Assembly (NCBI GenBank): GCA_943356775.1
Contig: CALRFU010000002.1
Location: 48,524 to 112,523 of the forward strand
DNA: 64,000 nucleotides
Source: Candidatus Nomurabacteria bacterium
GTDB lineage: Bacteria; Patescibacteriota; Minisyncoccia; Phycocordibacterales; UBA2100
Direction: 5' to 3'
Under the pieces are notes generated by a model. That model saw only the letters and a program-made list of their open reading frames with translations, made no database searches and was not told the DNA's origin. Made by a program: the position numbers and the translations under genes. Below are positions 7,524-16,776 of the stretch, piece after piece. How positions within the stretch are numbered: position 1 is the stretch's first letter; every line of letters starts with the position of its first letter.

Positions 7524-10500
7524 TTATTGTACCGTCACGATAGCTTGTGCCGATGTGGTCGCGCCGGAGGGCGCACTACAATCGAGCACAAAGCGCGTCG
7601 TCGTGGCAAGCGCGAGCGTAGAGGTCGAACCGCGCGTTCCTGTCGCCATTGAGATATCCCCCGGCGCAAAGAGCTCGCAGCTCGACGTGTTGACACTCGA
7701 CCACGTGAGCAGTGACTTCCGTCCAGACAAGAGGCTGGTCGGATTCGCTATCAGCGTGACATATGGCTTCGGAGGTGTGGGCGTCACGACGGGCGGATTC
7801 GTTGGCTGCGTCGTAGGCGGAGTTGTTGGAGTAGTTTGTGGTGCTTGAGACCCTCCAAACAATTTACTCAATGCGCCGATGAGTCCGCTCAGCATACCTC
7901 CCAAGCCACCACCTCCCTGACCCGGGGTTTGTCCACCCTCAGGAACATTTATATCGGATGGCCCGCGCGTCACGACTGGTGGGACATAGGGAGGAGCCTT
8001 CTTCTCTGGAGGCGGGACGACAACGGGCGGATCTTTAGGGGGCACAACGGGAACTACTGGTGGCGGAGTTCCAGCACCTGGTGGTGGAATAACCACTGGT
8101 GGCGGAGTCCCGCCCGAACCATCTTTGAATGTAAAGTGAGCGATAGGAAGCGCCGCAACGACACCTCCCGCTATGGTCTTCTTTGGGTTCTCCGCCACCC
8201 AACTACCGACACTCTGAAGCCACGAGGGTTGCTCCGCCGCAGTAGGAGGAATAAGCGCATTGAATTCTGCTTCGGTAAACTTTATCCCAGTTAGGACTTC
8301 TAGTTGCTCTCGCGAAAGAGGAGCAGCTTCTGGTTGTGCGGCGGCGGTTCCTGTATTTCTCGGTTCTGGAACCACTTTCGGTTCGACTTCGAATACACCC
8401 GTCACCGGATTTTGTCTTGTCTCAACAATATCAGCGGGATTTAGTGGACGCTGCGCAACTCCCGCAGAGGGAGGTACGGCTGTTTCTTCGACAACTAATG
8501 GTCTCGAAGGTCCAACTTCGTTGGCTGCTGTACGGACGGTAGGAACGGACTCAGGCACTGTGGCTGCTGGCGGCTCTGGAACTTGTTCGTATCTCCCCGT
8601 TTTTGGATTTAGGTAAAAGTTGTCGAGATTTGTGCTGCCGCTCGGTACTGGTTCACCGGGCGTCAGACGCTCCACGACAGGTGCGGCGGTCGGAGTCTCA
8701 TTGACCGTTCGACCCCAGAGATTACTCCACGCGTCGGACGCAGAATTTTTGAGATCGTTCCACGCAAGCTGTATGTTATCTCCCGTGCGCGAGAAAAATG
8801 ATTTTTGCTCAAGAGGTACATCGAATATTGTGTTTGAGCCGGGTATCTGCTTAAGGGGTCTTACTTCACCCGCGAGTCCGTCGGCAGCATTCCGCATACG
8901 GTCTGCGAGTTCTTGTTGTCCTTTTTGCGCCACGAGGTCTGCATTTTGGCGCAGTGCCGCAAGACGCTCTGATGACCATACTTCCGCATTTCCCGCTCGC
9001 ACTTCTTGCGCGCCAGTCTCAAGCGTTTTGACAAGGTCGTCGAGCGCTTTTACTTGTGGACTCACGTTTGTAGGAAGTCCCGCATTGATATTCGCAGCAA
9101 CATCTTCCAGTGCCTTCACACCCACATTTGGTTCGGAACGAGAAGCGATATTGACATCGTCAACCGCCCGCGCGAGGTCTCTTTCAAGATTTTGAAGTCC
9201 TTGATTCGTGATGTCCCGTGGCGCCTGCTGAGTCGTCGCTGCTCCAATGCGCTCTGCTTCCGGAGCCACTCTTGGAGCTGGTTGCGCGCTGGCGCGTGCC
9301 GCCTGTGCGTCAATGAGTGCGATATCGTCGTTGACTACCCTTCCTGGCACAGCAAAGTCGTCCGCCCATTGTTGTATTTTCACTCCAGGCAATTGTGTAT
9401 TCGTTGGAATCACCCCTGGTACAGAAGTAGGCGTCTCAAGAGGGCGAACGCCACGATTGATGTCCGCAAGCGCATTCGCAAGGCGTTCTTCCGAACTGAG
9501 AATAGGCGAGGGCGTTACCCCAGCAGCAGGAGGCGGAACCTCGCTAGGGATTATCGGCGACCTCTCTGAAGCTGCACGGACTTCAGCGATGGCATCTTGT
9601 ATTTTCTGAACTTCTGGACTGACCGTCGGTGGTGCTTCAGTAGGAGGTACGGCCGGTCTCTCTGAGGCCGCCGCGCGAGTCTCGACGGCGATTCGGTCTA
9701 TCGTCTGCTGCAATTCGGCTGTCGGAGGCACTGGTCGCGCCGCCCCCGCATCTCCAGCCAATTCCCTACCCACTGCTTCAATACCAATTTCGCTCGGGTT
9801 CCGCGGAGCGACGATATTGGTGACCGGCAGATTATCTCCCACCTCACCTACTCTTACCCCGGGTAGTCGAGCCTCAGCGACGGCTACTGCAGGCACGTCG
9901 GCGACCTGCGCGAGTTCGGAACCCGCGCGCGGGAATACCGACTCCGAAAAACGACCAGGCAGAGAAAGAAGCTTCGGGGTTACTTGGGCGAGGTCTTTTG
10001 CAATCCATGCCGCCCCTATTACGTTTACCCCATGTCCAACCGCCTCGATTGTGCAAGTCGTTTGCCCGACAGCGCCGCAGCGCGCAGCCTCAAGCGTCGT
10101 TGGATTGAATCCGAGAGATTCTGGCGCAAAGCGCTCCGCAACGATTTTAGTTTCTTCGGCTAAACCACCCCAAATGAGATTTCCCGCTGCGGGAACCGCT
10201 CGCCACGATTCGAGTGCAACTCCTCCCCAATCCCCCTTTTGGTAGCTTTCCGATATGGGCGTCCACCAGTTTCCCGCGGCTTGGAGATACGGTTTTGCGT
10301 AAGCGTCGAACGTTGCGGAAGTAGGGCCTTGACCTTTTTCCATTGTGCCCAGCGCTTGTTGGAGGTTAGGGCTTAGTTCGCCGCCTCTTTTGTACGCCTG
10401 CAAATCGTTATAATTTTTCCATATCTGGTCGTATTTTGCTTGCTCTGTCTGAACACCAATGTTATATGACTGATACGTCCGACAAGACCTCCCGGAAGGA

Positions 10501-13500
10501 GCGCTCGCACAGGCTGCTACCCCCCTGTCGATTGCTTCCTCTCCCCAGGTATCGCGCATATTCTGTAACGCCGTGTACTGTTCGCCGAGCTTGTTGAGTA
10601 TCACCTCCTCCTGCTTACTAACGGTTTCTGACTTGAAGGATACTCTGTCGGCAGGCACTCCCGTTGCTAGGGGTATTTCTGCGGCTGGTTGCGGCGTAAC
10701 TACCGGCGCCTCAGGAGCATCGACTTTTGGAACTTCTGCCTGCACAACTATTGTCTGTTCCGTCGGAGGCACCCCAGGAACTGCCGAAAATTCCGGAACC
10801 GGGAGATCGGAAGCGGCAACCGTACGCACTACCGGAGGCTCCCACTTCCCTACTGCCTGGTCGGGAACGGTGACGGCGGCGACTTGTGTCGCTTCAGCCT
10901 GTACGCCTCTCGCATACTGGTCCGCGCGACTCGCCGTCATGCGAGCCTCGTGTGCGTCCCAGCCGACGCTGGTGGCTTCCCCTCGTAGAGCAGTCGCGGC
11001 AGACTGAAGTGACGTGTATTCCTTCTGAAGTACGGCCGGTGAGTCTTCGCCCGTGATAGGCGCTTGACCGGTTGCGATAATACCTCGAGCCGCGACAGCC
11101 GCATTGTCGGCCAAGGCAAGGCCGCCTGCATCTAAATTAGCGATAGCAGCCGTCAAACCAGCTTTGTAAGATTGCACTTGGGCAATCTGTGTATTAATAG
11201 ATGCTCTGTCTTCGGCATCGAGCAGAGGATTCTTGGCAAGCGCCTGAGCGTTGGTAATTACTGCGCCGAGCTGGTCCACAGCCGCGTTTGCCGGCACAAG
11301 CGCAGCCACAGTCGCGCCCATACCCTCAGCCTTTGCCTTTAGGGCAAGCGCTGAATTTAATGAACTCCTTACTTTTTGCACATCAGCGGCGAGCTTATTC
11401 GCTTCAGCCAGCTCCTGCTTTTTTTCGTCTGCCACCCTTTGCGCTTCGGCGGCTTTTGCGCGGGTTTCTCGTTCTTGCTGACTCAGGTTGTCTGCATTCT
11501 CTCGTGCTGCAATCCGGAGCGCTTCGGCATCCGCAATCTTTTTCCGCTGTTCTTCTGCTGCCGCACGCTGCTCCTCCGCAGTTTCGGAGACGGGCGCCCC
11601 TGAGGCATCGGCGATTCTCTTTGCTTCCTCTGCCTTCGCTATCTCGCGAAGTCTTTCTGATTCTGCGTCGAGTGACTTTTGTATCTCTTCCGGCGTAAGT
11701 GCGATGCTTTGAGTCTGTCTCTCTATATCCTGGATGCCTTGCTCCAGTCGCTGCTGATACGCGGCGGTTTCCTGGTCAGCTTGTGCAAGTCGAGCTTCAA
11801 GTTGCGCCCTCTCAGCAGCTTGTATTTCTGGGGACGGTGCCTCGACGGTTTGCGGCGCCTCAAACGTTACCGTTGGCACCTCTCGAGTTGCGCTCGGTTG
11901 CGGTTCATCGGCTGGCACCTCTGCGAAAGTCGGCGCTTCAGGCTCGGGAGTCGTACCGAATAATGACGCGACTTTCTCGGAGCCCCAGTTCCATATGCTT
12001 TTGCCCGCATCCGCCACCGCATTAGCGGCATTACTGAGAGTAGTCAGAGCGGAAGGCGCGGGAGCAGCGGGCGCTGGCGGCTCTGGTGAGGCAAGCCTGC
12101 GCTCTTCCGCAAGCTGCGCTGTCCTCTGGTCGAACTCGATGCCTTGCACGGCGCTATCACGCGCGAGCTGCTGACTCAGCGGTGTCATTTTGTCGTATTG
12201 GTCGAGCGGAATACTTTGTGCGATACGCTCTCGTATTTGAGCCTCAGGTATTTGTGGTGTATCAACCTTCGGAACTTCAACAGACGCCACGGGGACATCT
12301 GGCGTATTCACACCCCCCACAGGAGGTGGCGGCGCAATCTCTGGTGTCACGCTGACTTCCGGTTGCGCATCAGGGACAAAGACCAAAGGGTTCGAGATGA
12401 CGCGGTCTTGATCTTTCGGCATATCCGCTACCTGATTCTGTACGGACTGCACCATTTCGGTAAACGTCAAAGCTTGCGCCACGTCGGCGGGGATAGTCTT
12501 TACATATGACGTTTCGTTTGCCGTATTGATAGTCACTTTCACCGAACCATCCGGATTGACCTGCGCAGTATTTTCACCTACTCGCACGGTCGCGCCCGTT
12601 ACTTGATTCGTCTCAGGAGGCTCGACTGCAGCAAACTGTGGCGACTGGCTCGATGCGACATTGGCGGGTTCTCCCGCAAGAGCGATGCTACGCGTATTCG
12701 TATCGTTCAAGAACTGCTGCGTGATAGCCGCTGAACTCGGAAGATCTGTGTTGGCAACAGAAGCAATATTTCCACCACTACGGAAAGGGTTGTCACGCGG
12801 CAATGGCACATCTGCGTTTGAGGCAACGTTCGTCTGGGGTGTAGCAGTGTTGTCACTTGGCTGATAAGCAGCATAGGCACCGGTATTTTGTTCCACTGCA
12901 GCGAGCGCATCCGATGGCGAGTAGCCACCGGTTCGCGCTTGCACGTACGAGTTTGCGGCTTTCGCGGCGGCTGTATCGGCATACCACCCATCACCAGCGA
13001 CTTTTCCTTGTATTACGGCTTCGGGTGTAAATCGTACGTCAAATACACCGTCCCGAACATATTTGATACCGGTCTCTACTTGCACTTCAGCAACTGTTGA
13101 TCGTGGGAGGTCGGCGCCGACACCCGGCCCGAGATTCCCCCAATCATTCACATACATCTGCCTTGTAGCTACGACGTTGCCATCTTTATCGAGAAATTCC
13201 ATCGTGCCAGCGGTCCCGATGGGATAGAGTGACGAAGCAAAACCGCTCCCGTTGAATTTTTCACCCGAACCTGTGCCTTGAGCAGTGTAGAAAGTTGCCT
13301 TGAATTCCGCGGGGCCATCCAATCCCGTTACCCTATCGGCGTCCGCGCGACTGGGCGGTCCTTGCGCCTCAGTTAAGCGAGCATCCGAGGGAAGGTAGTA
13401 CCCTCCTTTGCCATCCGGAACGAGAGCGGAAAACGGCTTACGCGTTGTCTTCTGAGCCGCCTCCTCAAGGGCTTCGCCATACGCGCTGCTTACTCTTTCT

Positions 13501-14249
13501 TGCATACAGCTCCACCAACTATCGCAGGCCGACGTTTGAGATGTTTCTTGTTCTTGGTTTCCTGCAAATGTGGAATCTGAGTTGGTCATTGTATTCTGCG
13601 GGCCGACATCTTGTGATATCAGATTTCCATTCTGGTCACGCGGCTGAAGCTGGAACGATTGCTGATTTGGATTGAGTGGCGTCGGTGAGAAAAAGCTTCC
13701 TATCTCTTCGCGGACTTTGCCACCCAGCCCTGGATTCGCATCTATCTGTTTCAAAAGTTCCCCGACAGAATTCGCCGACGGCGACAATTCAGTCTTTTGC
13801 TGAGAGAGTGGTGTCGAGTCAAACATCATCTGCTCCAAGAGCGACCGATTGGTCGGCGTCGGCTGTTGCGTTTGCGTCGCTGGAGGCTGACCTCCTGTTA
13901 CATCTCCGGCATCAGAAATCGACGGCGGTGGGACAGTGGGCAAAGCGCATGGCTTGCCGCCACAGAATGCGGCTCGGCACACACGAGCTTCGACACAGAT
14001 ACCGTTCGCGGCTACTTGTTTGCCCTCTATGTCCTTACAGATGGTTCCGTACAAGTTGAAGAATTTCTTTCCATTTTCTTCGAATTCTGCGAGCTTCGGC
14101 CTATCGCTTCTATACACATTCGTGGCGGTGGCGAGCGGACACATGTCATCCGCTTCATCGGGATTTACTTCTGCAAAAGCGGGATTGAGAAAGGAAAAAA
14201 GCGCGAGAAAAATTAATACAACAAGAGATGCCCGCAAGGCGGTCGACAT
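7524..14249 (-). CDS. giant secreted/surface protein (2241 aa) with an RlpA/3D-like double-psi beta-barrel domain, a long coiled coil, proline-rich linkers and a C-terminal Ig-like domain
   Basis: Signal peptide MSTALRASLVVLIFLALFSFLNPAFA, then a Cys-rich N-terminal module. The segment FKATFYTAQGTGSGEKFNGSG...PIGTAGTMEF...VNDWGNLGPGVGADLPRS resembles RlpA/3D-domain proteins (ATAYTA...VNDRGP...DLS). About 250 aa are A/E/Q/K-rich coiled coil. There are PPPVV proline tracts, then a C-terminal beta-rich domain ending TVQ. The ORF is uninterrupted. Confidence 0.8.
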   Translation of the reverse strand: MSTALRASLVVLIFLALFSFLNPAFAEVNPDEADDMCPLATATNVYRSDRPKLAEFEENGKKFFNLYGTICKDIEGKQVAANGICVEARVCRAAFCGGKPCALPTVPPPSISDAGDVTGGQPPATQTQQPTPTNRSLLEQMMFDSTPLSQQKTELSPSANSVGELLKQIDANPGLGGKVREEIGSFFSPTPLNPNQQSFQLQPRDQNGNLISQDVGPQNTMTNSDSTFAGNQEQETSQTSACDSWWSCMQERVSSAYGEALEEAAQKTTRKPFSALVPDGKGGYYLPSDARLTEAQGPPSRADADRVTGLDGPAEFKATFYTAQGTGSGEKFNGSGFASSLYPIGTAGTMEFLDKDGNVVATRQMYVNDWGNLGPGVGADLPRSTVAEVQVETGIKYVRDGVFDVRFTPEAVIQGKVAGDGWYADTAAAKAANSYVQARTGGYSPSDALAAVEQNTGAYAAYQPSDNTATPQTNVASNADVPLPRDNPFRSGGNIASVANTDLPSSAAITQQFLNDTNTRSIALAGEPANVASSQSPQFAAVEPPETNQVTGATVRVGENTAQVNPDGSVKVTINTANETSYVKTIPADVAQALTFTEMVQSVQNQVADMPKDQDRVISNPLVFVPDAQPEVSVTPEIAPPPPVGGVNTPDVPVASVEVPKVDTPQIPEAQIRERIAQSIPLDQYDKMTPLSQQLARDSAVQGIEFDQRTAQLAEERRLASPEPPAPAAPAPSALTTLSNAANAVADAGKSIWNWGSEKVASLFGTTPEPEAPTFAEVPADEPQPSATREVPTVTFEAPQTVEAPSPEIQAAERAQLEARLAQADQETAAYQQRLEQGIQDIERQTQSIALTPEEIQKSLDAESERLREIAKAEEAKRIADASGAPVSETAEEQRAAAEEQRKKIADAEALRIAARENADNLSQQERETRAKAAEAQRVADEKKQELAEANKLAADVQKVRSSLNSALALKAKAEGMGATVAALVPANAAVDQLGAVITNAQALAKNPLLDAEDRASINTQIAQVQSYKAGLTAAIANLDAGGLALADNAAVAARGIIATGQAPITGEDSPAVLQKEYTSLQSAATALRGEATSVGWDAHEARMTASRADQYARGVQAEATQVAAVTVPDQAVGKWEPPVVRTVAASDLPVPEFSAVPGVPPTEQTIVVQAEVPKVDAPEAPVVTPQPAAEIPLATGVPADRVSFKSETVSKQEEVILNKLGEQYTALQNMRDTWGEEAIDRGVAACASAPSGRSCRTYQSYNIGVQTEQAKYDQIWKNYNDLQAYKRGGELSPNLQQALGTMEKGQGPTSATFDAYAKPYLQAAGNWWTPISESYQKGDWGGVALESWRAVPAAGNLIWGGLAEETKIVAERFAPESLGFNPTTLEAARCGAVGQTTCTIEAVGHGVNVIGAAWIAKDLAQVTPKLLSLPGRFSESVFPRAGSELAQVADVPAVAVAEARLPGVRVGEVGDNLPVTNIVAPRNPSEIGIEAVGRELAGDAGAARPVPPTAELQQTIDRIAVETRAAASERPAVPPTEAPPTVSPEVQKIQDAIAEVRAASERSPIIPSEVPPPAAGVTPSPILSSEERLANALADINRGVRPLETPTSVPGVIPTNTQLPGVKIQQWADDFAVPGRVVNDDIALIDAQAARASAQPAPRVAPEAERIGAATTQQAPRDITNQGLQNLERDLARAVDDVNIASRSEPNVGVKALEDVAANINAGLPTNVSPQVKALDDLVKTLETGAQEVRAGNAEVWSSERLAALRQNADLVAQKGQQELADRMRNAADGLAGEVRPLKQIPGSNTIFDVPLEQKSFFSRTGDNIQLAWNDLKNSASDAWSNLWGRTVNETPTAAPVVERLTPGEPVPSGSTNLDNFYLNPKTGRYEQVPEPPAATVPESVPTVRTAANEVGPSRPLVVEETAVPPSAGVAQRPLNPADIVETRQNPVTGVFEVEPKVVPEPRNTGTAAAQPEAAPLSREQLEVLTGIKFTEAEFNALIPPTAAEQPSWLQSVGSWVAENPKKTIAGGVVAALPIAHFTFKDGSGGTPPPVVIPPPGAGTPPPVVPVVPPKDPPVVVPPPEKKAPPYVPPVVTRGPSDINVPEGGQTPGQGGGGLGGMLSGLIGALSKLFGGSQAPQTTPTTPPTTQPTNPPVVTPTPPKPYVTLIANPTSLLSGRKSLLTWSSVNTSSCELFAPGDISMATGTRGSTSTLALATTTRFVLDCSAPSGATTSAQAIVTVQ

Positions 14250-14331
14250 CTCTACATCATAACAGCGCGGCGGCTCAATGAGCCGCCGCGCTGTTGATTA
14301 AGCATAATCACCTACTGGGTGACCTCTTCAT

Positions 14332-15987
14332 TTAATAGTCTCCGCTCATTCCTCCACCCATGTCGCCGCCAGCTGGTGCAGCTTTCTTTTCTTCGGGAAT
14401 ATCAGCGACAGCGGCTTCGGTCGTGAGAAGCACCGCTGCTGCGGAAGCCGCATTCTCCACACAGCTTCTCGTCACCTTGACCGGGTCAAGAATTCCCGCT
14501 TCATACATGTCTACGATTGATTCATCATCTGATTCGGCGGAAGCATTGAAGCCGAAAGCCGGGCCTTTCTTGATAACCTCCTGAAGCACCACGGCAGCAT
14601 CTTCGCGCCCAGCATTGCGAGCAATCTGCAAGAGTGGCGCCGAGAGCGCAGAAAGAAGGATGCGGTAGCCGACGGTGTATTCATCATGAGCTTTTGCATC
14701 GATTTTCTTGCCGAGTTTCTCGCCGACTTTTGCGAGAGCCGCACCGCCGCCGGGGACGATACCCTCAGCGATAGCGGCCTTGGTCGCATTGACCGCATCT
14801 TCAATTTTGTCTTTGAGATACTTCATTTCTGTCTCGGTCGCAGCTCCGACGCGAATGACCGCGACGCCGCCGGAAAGTTTTGCAATCCGCTCTTCCAGTT
14901 TCTCCTTATCGAATTTCGAATCGGTATTCTCCAACTGCTTGCGGAGTTGTGAGACGCGAGCTTCAATATCTGATTTCTTTCCCTTGCCGCCGACGATGAT
15001 GGTCGAGTCTTTTGTCGCAACGACGCGATTTGCCTTTCCGAGCATCGAGAGCTCCGCTTTTTCGAGCGAGATTCCGAGGTCATCGGTAATAACCGTAGCG
15101 CCGACGGTGATAGCAATGTCAGCCAGCATTTCTTTTTTGCGGTCGCCGTAGCCCGGAGCTTTGACGGCAAGCACGCTGAATATGCCACGGAGTTTGTTTA
15201 CGACGAATGTTGCGAGCGCTTCCCCGTCCACATCTTCGGCGATGATGACGAGCTCTTTCTTACCGCTTTGCGCCACCTTTTCGAGCAGCGGAAGTATATC
15301 TTTGACCGTGGAGATTTTCTTGTCGGTGATGAGTATGGCCGCGTCTTTCGTTTCAGCTTCCATGCGCTCCGCATTCGTTATCATGTAGGCGGAGACATAC
15401 CCTTTATCAAATTCCATACCATCGACAAAGTCAGATTCGATGCCGAATGACTGCGATTCTTCTACCGTAACGACACCGTCTTTGCCGACTTTCTCTACCG
15501 TGTCTGCGATTATCTTGCCCAGCTCTTCCGACTCCGCGGAAATTGTCGCCACTTGGCGGATGTCACTTTTGCCTTTGACCTCACGTGCCATCTTCTTCAA
15601 CTCCTCAACCGCATCTTTGGCTGCCGCCTCGATACCACGACGAACCATCATCGCATTCGCGCCGAGCGCGGTGCGCTTCAAACCCTCGTGAATGATTGCC
15701 TGCGTGAGGACAACGGCTGTCGTTGTGCCGTCTCCCGCCTTGTCGTTGGTCTTGGTCGCGACTTCTTTCACGATCGATGCCCCCATGTTTTCAAACTTAT
15801 CCGCGAGCGTAATTTCTTTGGCGATAGAAACTCCGTCGTTCGTGATAGTCGGTCCGCCCCACGATTTATCAAGAGCGACGTTGCGCCCCTTTGGCCCGAG
15901 TGTGACCTTGACCGCTGCTGCGACTATATCCACGCCGCGCTTCAAAGCGCTGCGTACCTGTTCATCGAAAATAACTTGTTTTGCCAT
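14332..15987 (-). CDS. groL: chaperonin GroEL
   Basis: 551 aa: MAKQVIFDEQVRSALKRGVDIVAAAVKVTLGPKGRNV...AGDGTTTA... with a C-terminal GGM-type tail. Confidence 0.95.
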   Translation of the reverse strand: MAKQVIFDEQVRSALKRGVDIVAAAVKVTLGPKGRNVALDKSWGGPTITNDGVSIAKEITLADKFENMGASIVKEVATKTNDKAGDGTTTAVVLTQAIIHEGLKRTALGANAMMVRRGIEAAAKDAVEELKKMAREVKGKSDIRQVATISAESEELGKIIADTVEKVGKDGVVTVEESQSFGIESDFVDGMEFDKGYVSAYMITNAERMEAETKDAAILITDKKISTVKDILPLLEKVAQSGKKELVIIAEDVDGEALATFVVNKLRGIFSVLAVKAPGYGDRKKEMLADIAITVGATVITDDLGISLEKAELSMLGKANRVVATKDSTIIVGGKGKKSDIEARVSQLRKQLENTDSKFDKEKLEERIAKLSGGVAVIRVGAATETEMKYLKDKIEDAVNATKAAIAEGIVPGGGAALAKVGEKLGKKIDAKAHDEYTVGYRILLSALSAPLLQIARNAGREDAAVVLQEVIKKGPAFGFNASAESDDESIVDMYEAGILDPVKVTRSCVENAASAAAVLLTTEAAVADIPEEKKAAPAGGDMGGGMSGDY

Positions 15988-16017
15988 AGTGAGATATGTT
16001 TAGTGAAGATGAATAAT

Positions 16018-16335
16018 TTAGAATGTTCCCAGAATGCTTGATTCGGACACGATGTAATATTCCTCATCGCCCAACTTCACTTCGTCAAAACCGTACTTTG
16101 AGAACATCACTTCGTCCCCTACTTTGACTGCTACAGGAACAATCTCGTTGTCGTCCCCCCGCTTGCCCGGACCGACTGCGACGACGATGCCTCGCTCTGG
16201 TTTTTCCTTGTGTGCAGTATCCGGAATGATGATGCCCGACGGAGACTTCTCGTCTGCTGAGTCGTATGGTTTTACCAAAATCCGGTCGCCGGAGGGTTTA
16301 AATTTTAGAGTGGTCTTTTTGGTCTCTTTTTTCAT
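16018..16335 (-). CDS. groS: co-chaperonin GroES
   Basis: 105 aa: LKPSGDRILVKP...GIIIPDTAKEKP..GIVVAVGPG. Sits directly upstream of groL. Confidence 0.95.
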   Translation of the reverse strand: MKKETKKTTLKFKPSGDRILVKPYDSADEKSPSGIIIPDTAHKEKPERGIVVAVGPGKRGDDNEIVPVAVKVGDEVMFSKYGFDEVKLGDEEYYIVSESSILGTF

Positions 16336-16468
16336 ATGAGTATTTTGTACTTTATAAATCCGATAATGTAGTTGCGCGGAATCCCGCGATGGAGACTTAA
16401 TATAATGAAGATAGCCTCTTGGGTCAAGCGCGCCGACTATCTTGCGTTTCTGCCATATGTAGGATACT

Positions 16469-16711
16469 ATGCCCGCGATGGTTTTGCTCCAAACAGCGCT
16501 TCCTTATATACAGATAGGCCTCTCGGTCGCCCTCATCGTTGCCATATTATTGCAGCGCACGGGGGCCTCGCTTGGGGGAGCATTCGGGGCAGACAACTTT
16601 TCGTCCGGTTTTCATACCCGCCGCGGCTTGGAGCGGACACTGTTCCATGCTACTATCGCACTTAGTATCCTCTTCGCACTCTCGGCCCTCGTCAATTTAA
16701 TCATAAGCTAG
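16469..16711 (+). CDS. secG: preprotein translocase subunit SecG
   Basis: 80 aa, two TM helices, LLQRTGASLGGAFGADNFSSG similar to the SecG core (LLQQGKGADMGASFGAGAS). Confidence 0.7.
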   Translation: MPAMVLLQTALPYIQIGLSVALIVAILLQRTGASLGGAFGADNFSSGFHTRRGLERTLFHATIALSILFALSALVNLIIS

Positions 16712-16776
16712 GCCTCAGCGCCTTTGCGCGCTATGGACCCCGTTAGAAATAGCGGGCTTCCGAAGAAGAATACTCC

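Noticed and set aside
7516-14262. Dozens of plus-strand ORFs of 60-190 aa inside the giant gene (for example 8620-9195 and 9006-9569)
   Set aside because: They lie antisense to an uninterrupted 6.7-kb ORF with clear domain content. Their compositions are low-complexity Ser/Ala/Arg-rich, typical of antisense frames of GC-rich coding DNA.
16336-16468. Looked for an HrcA CIRCE element (TTAGCACTC-N9-GAGTGCTAA) upstream of groES
   Set aside because: No match on either strand.
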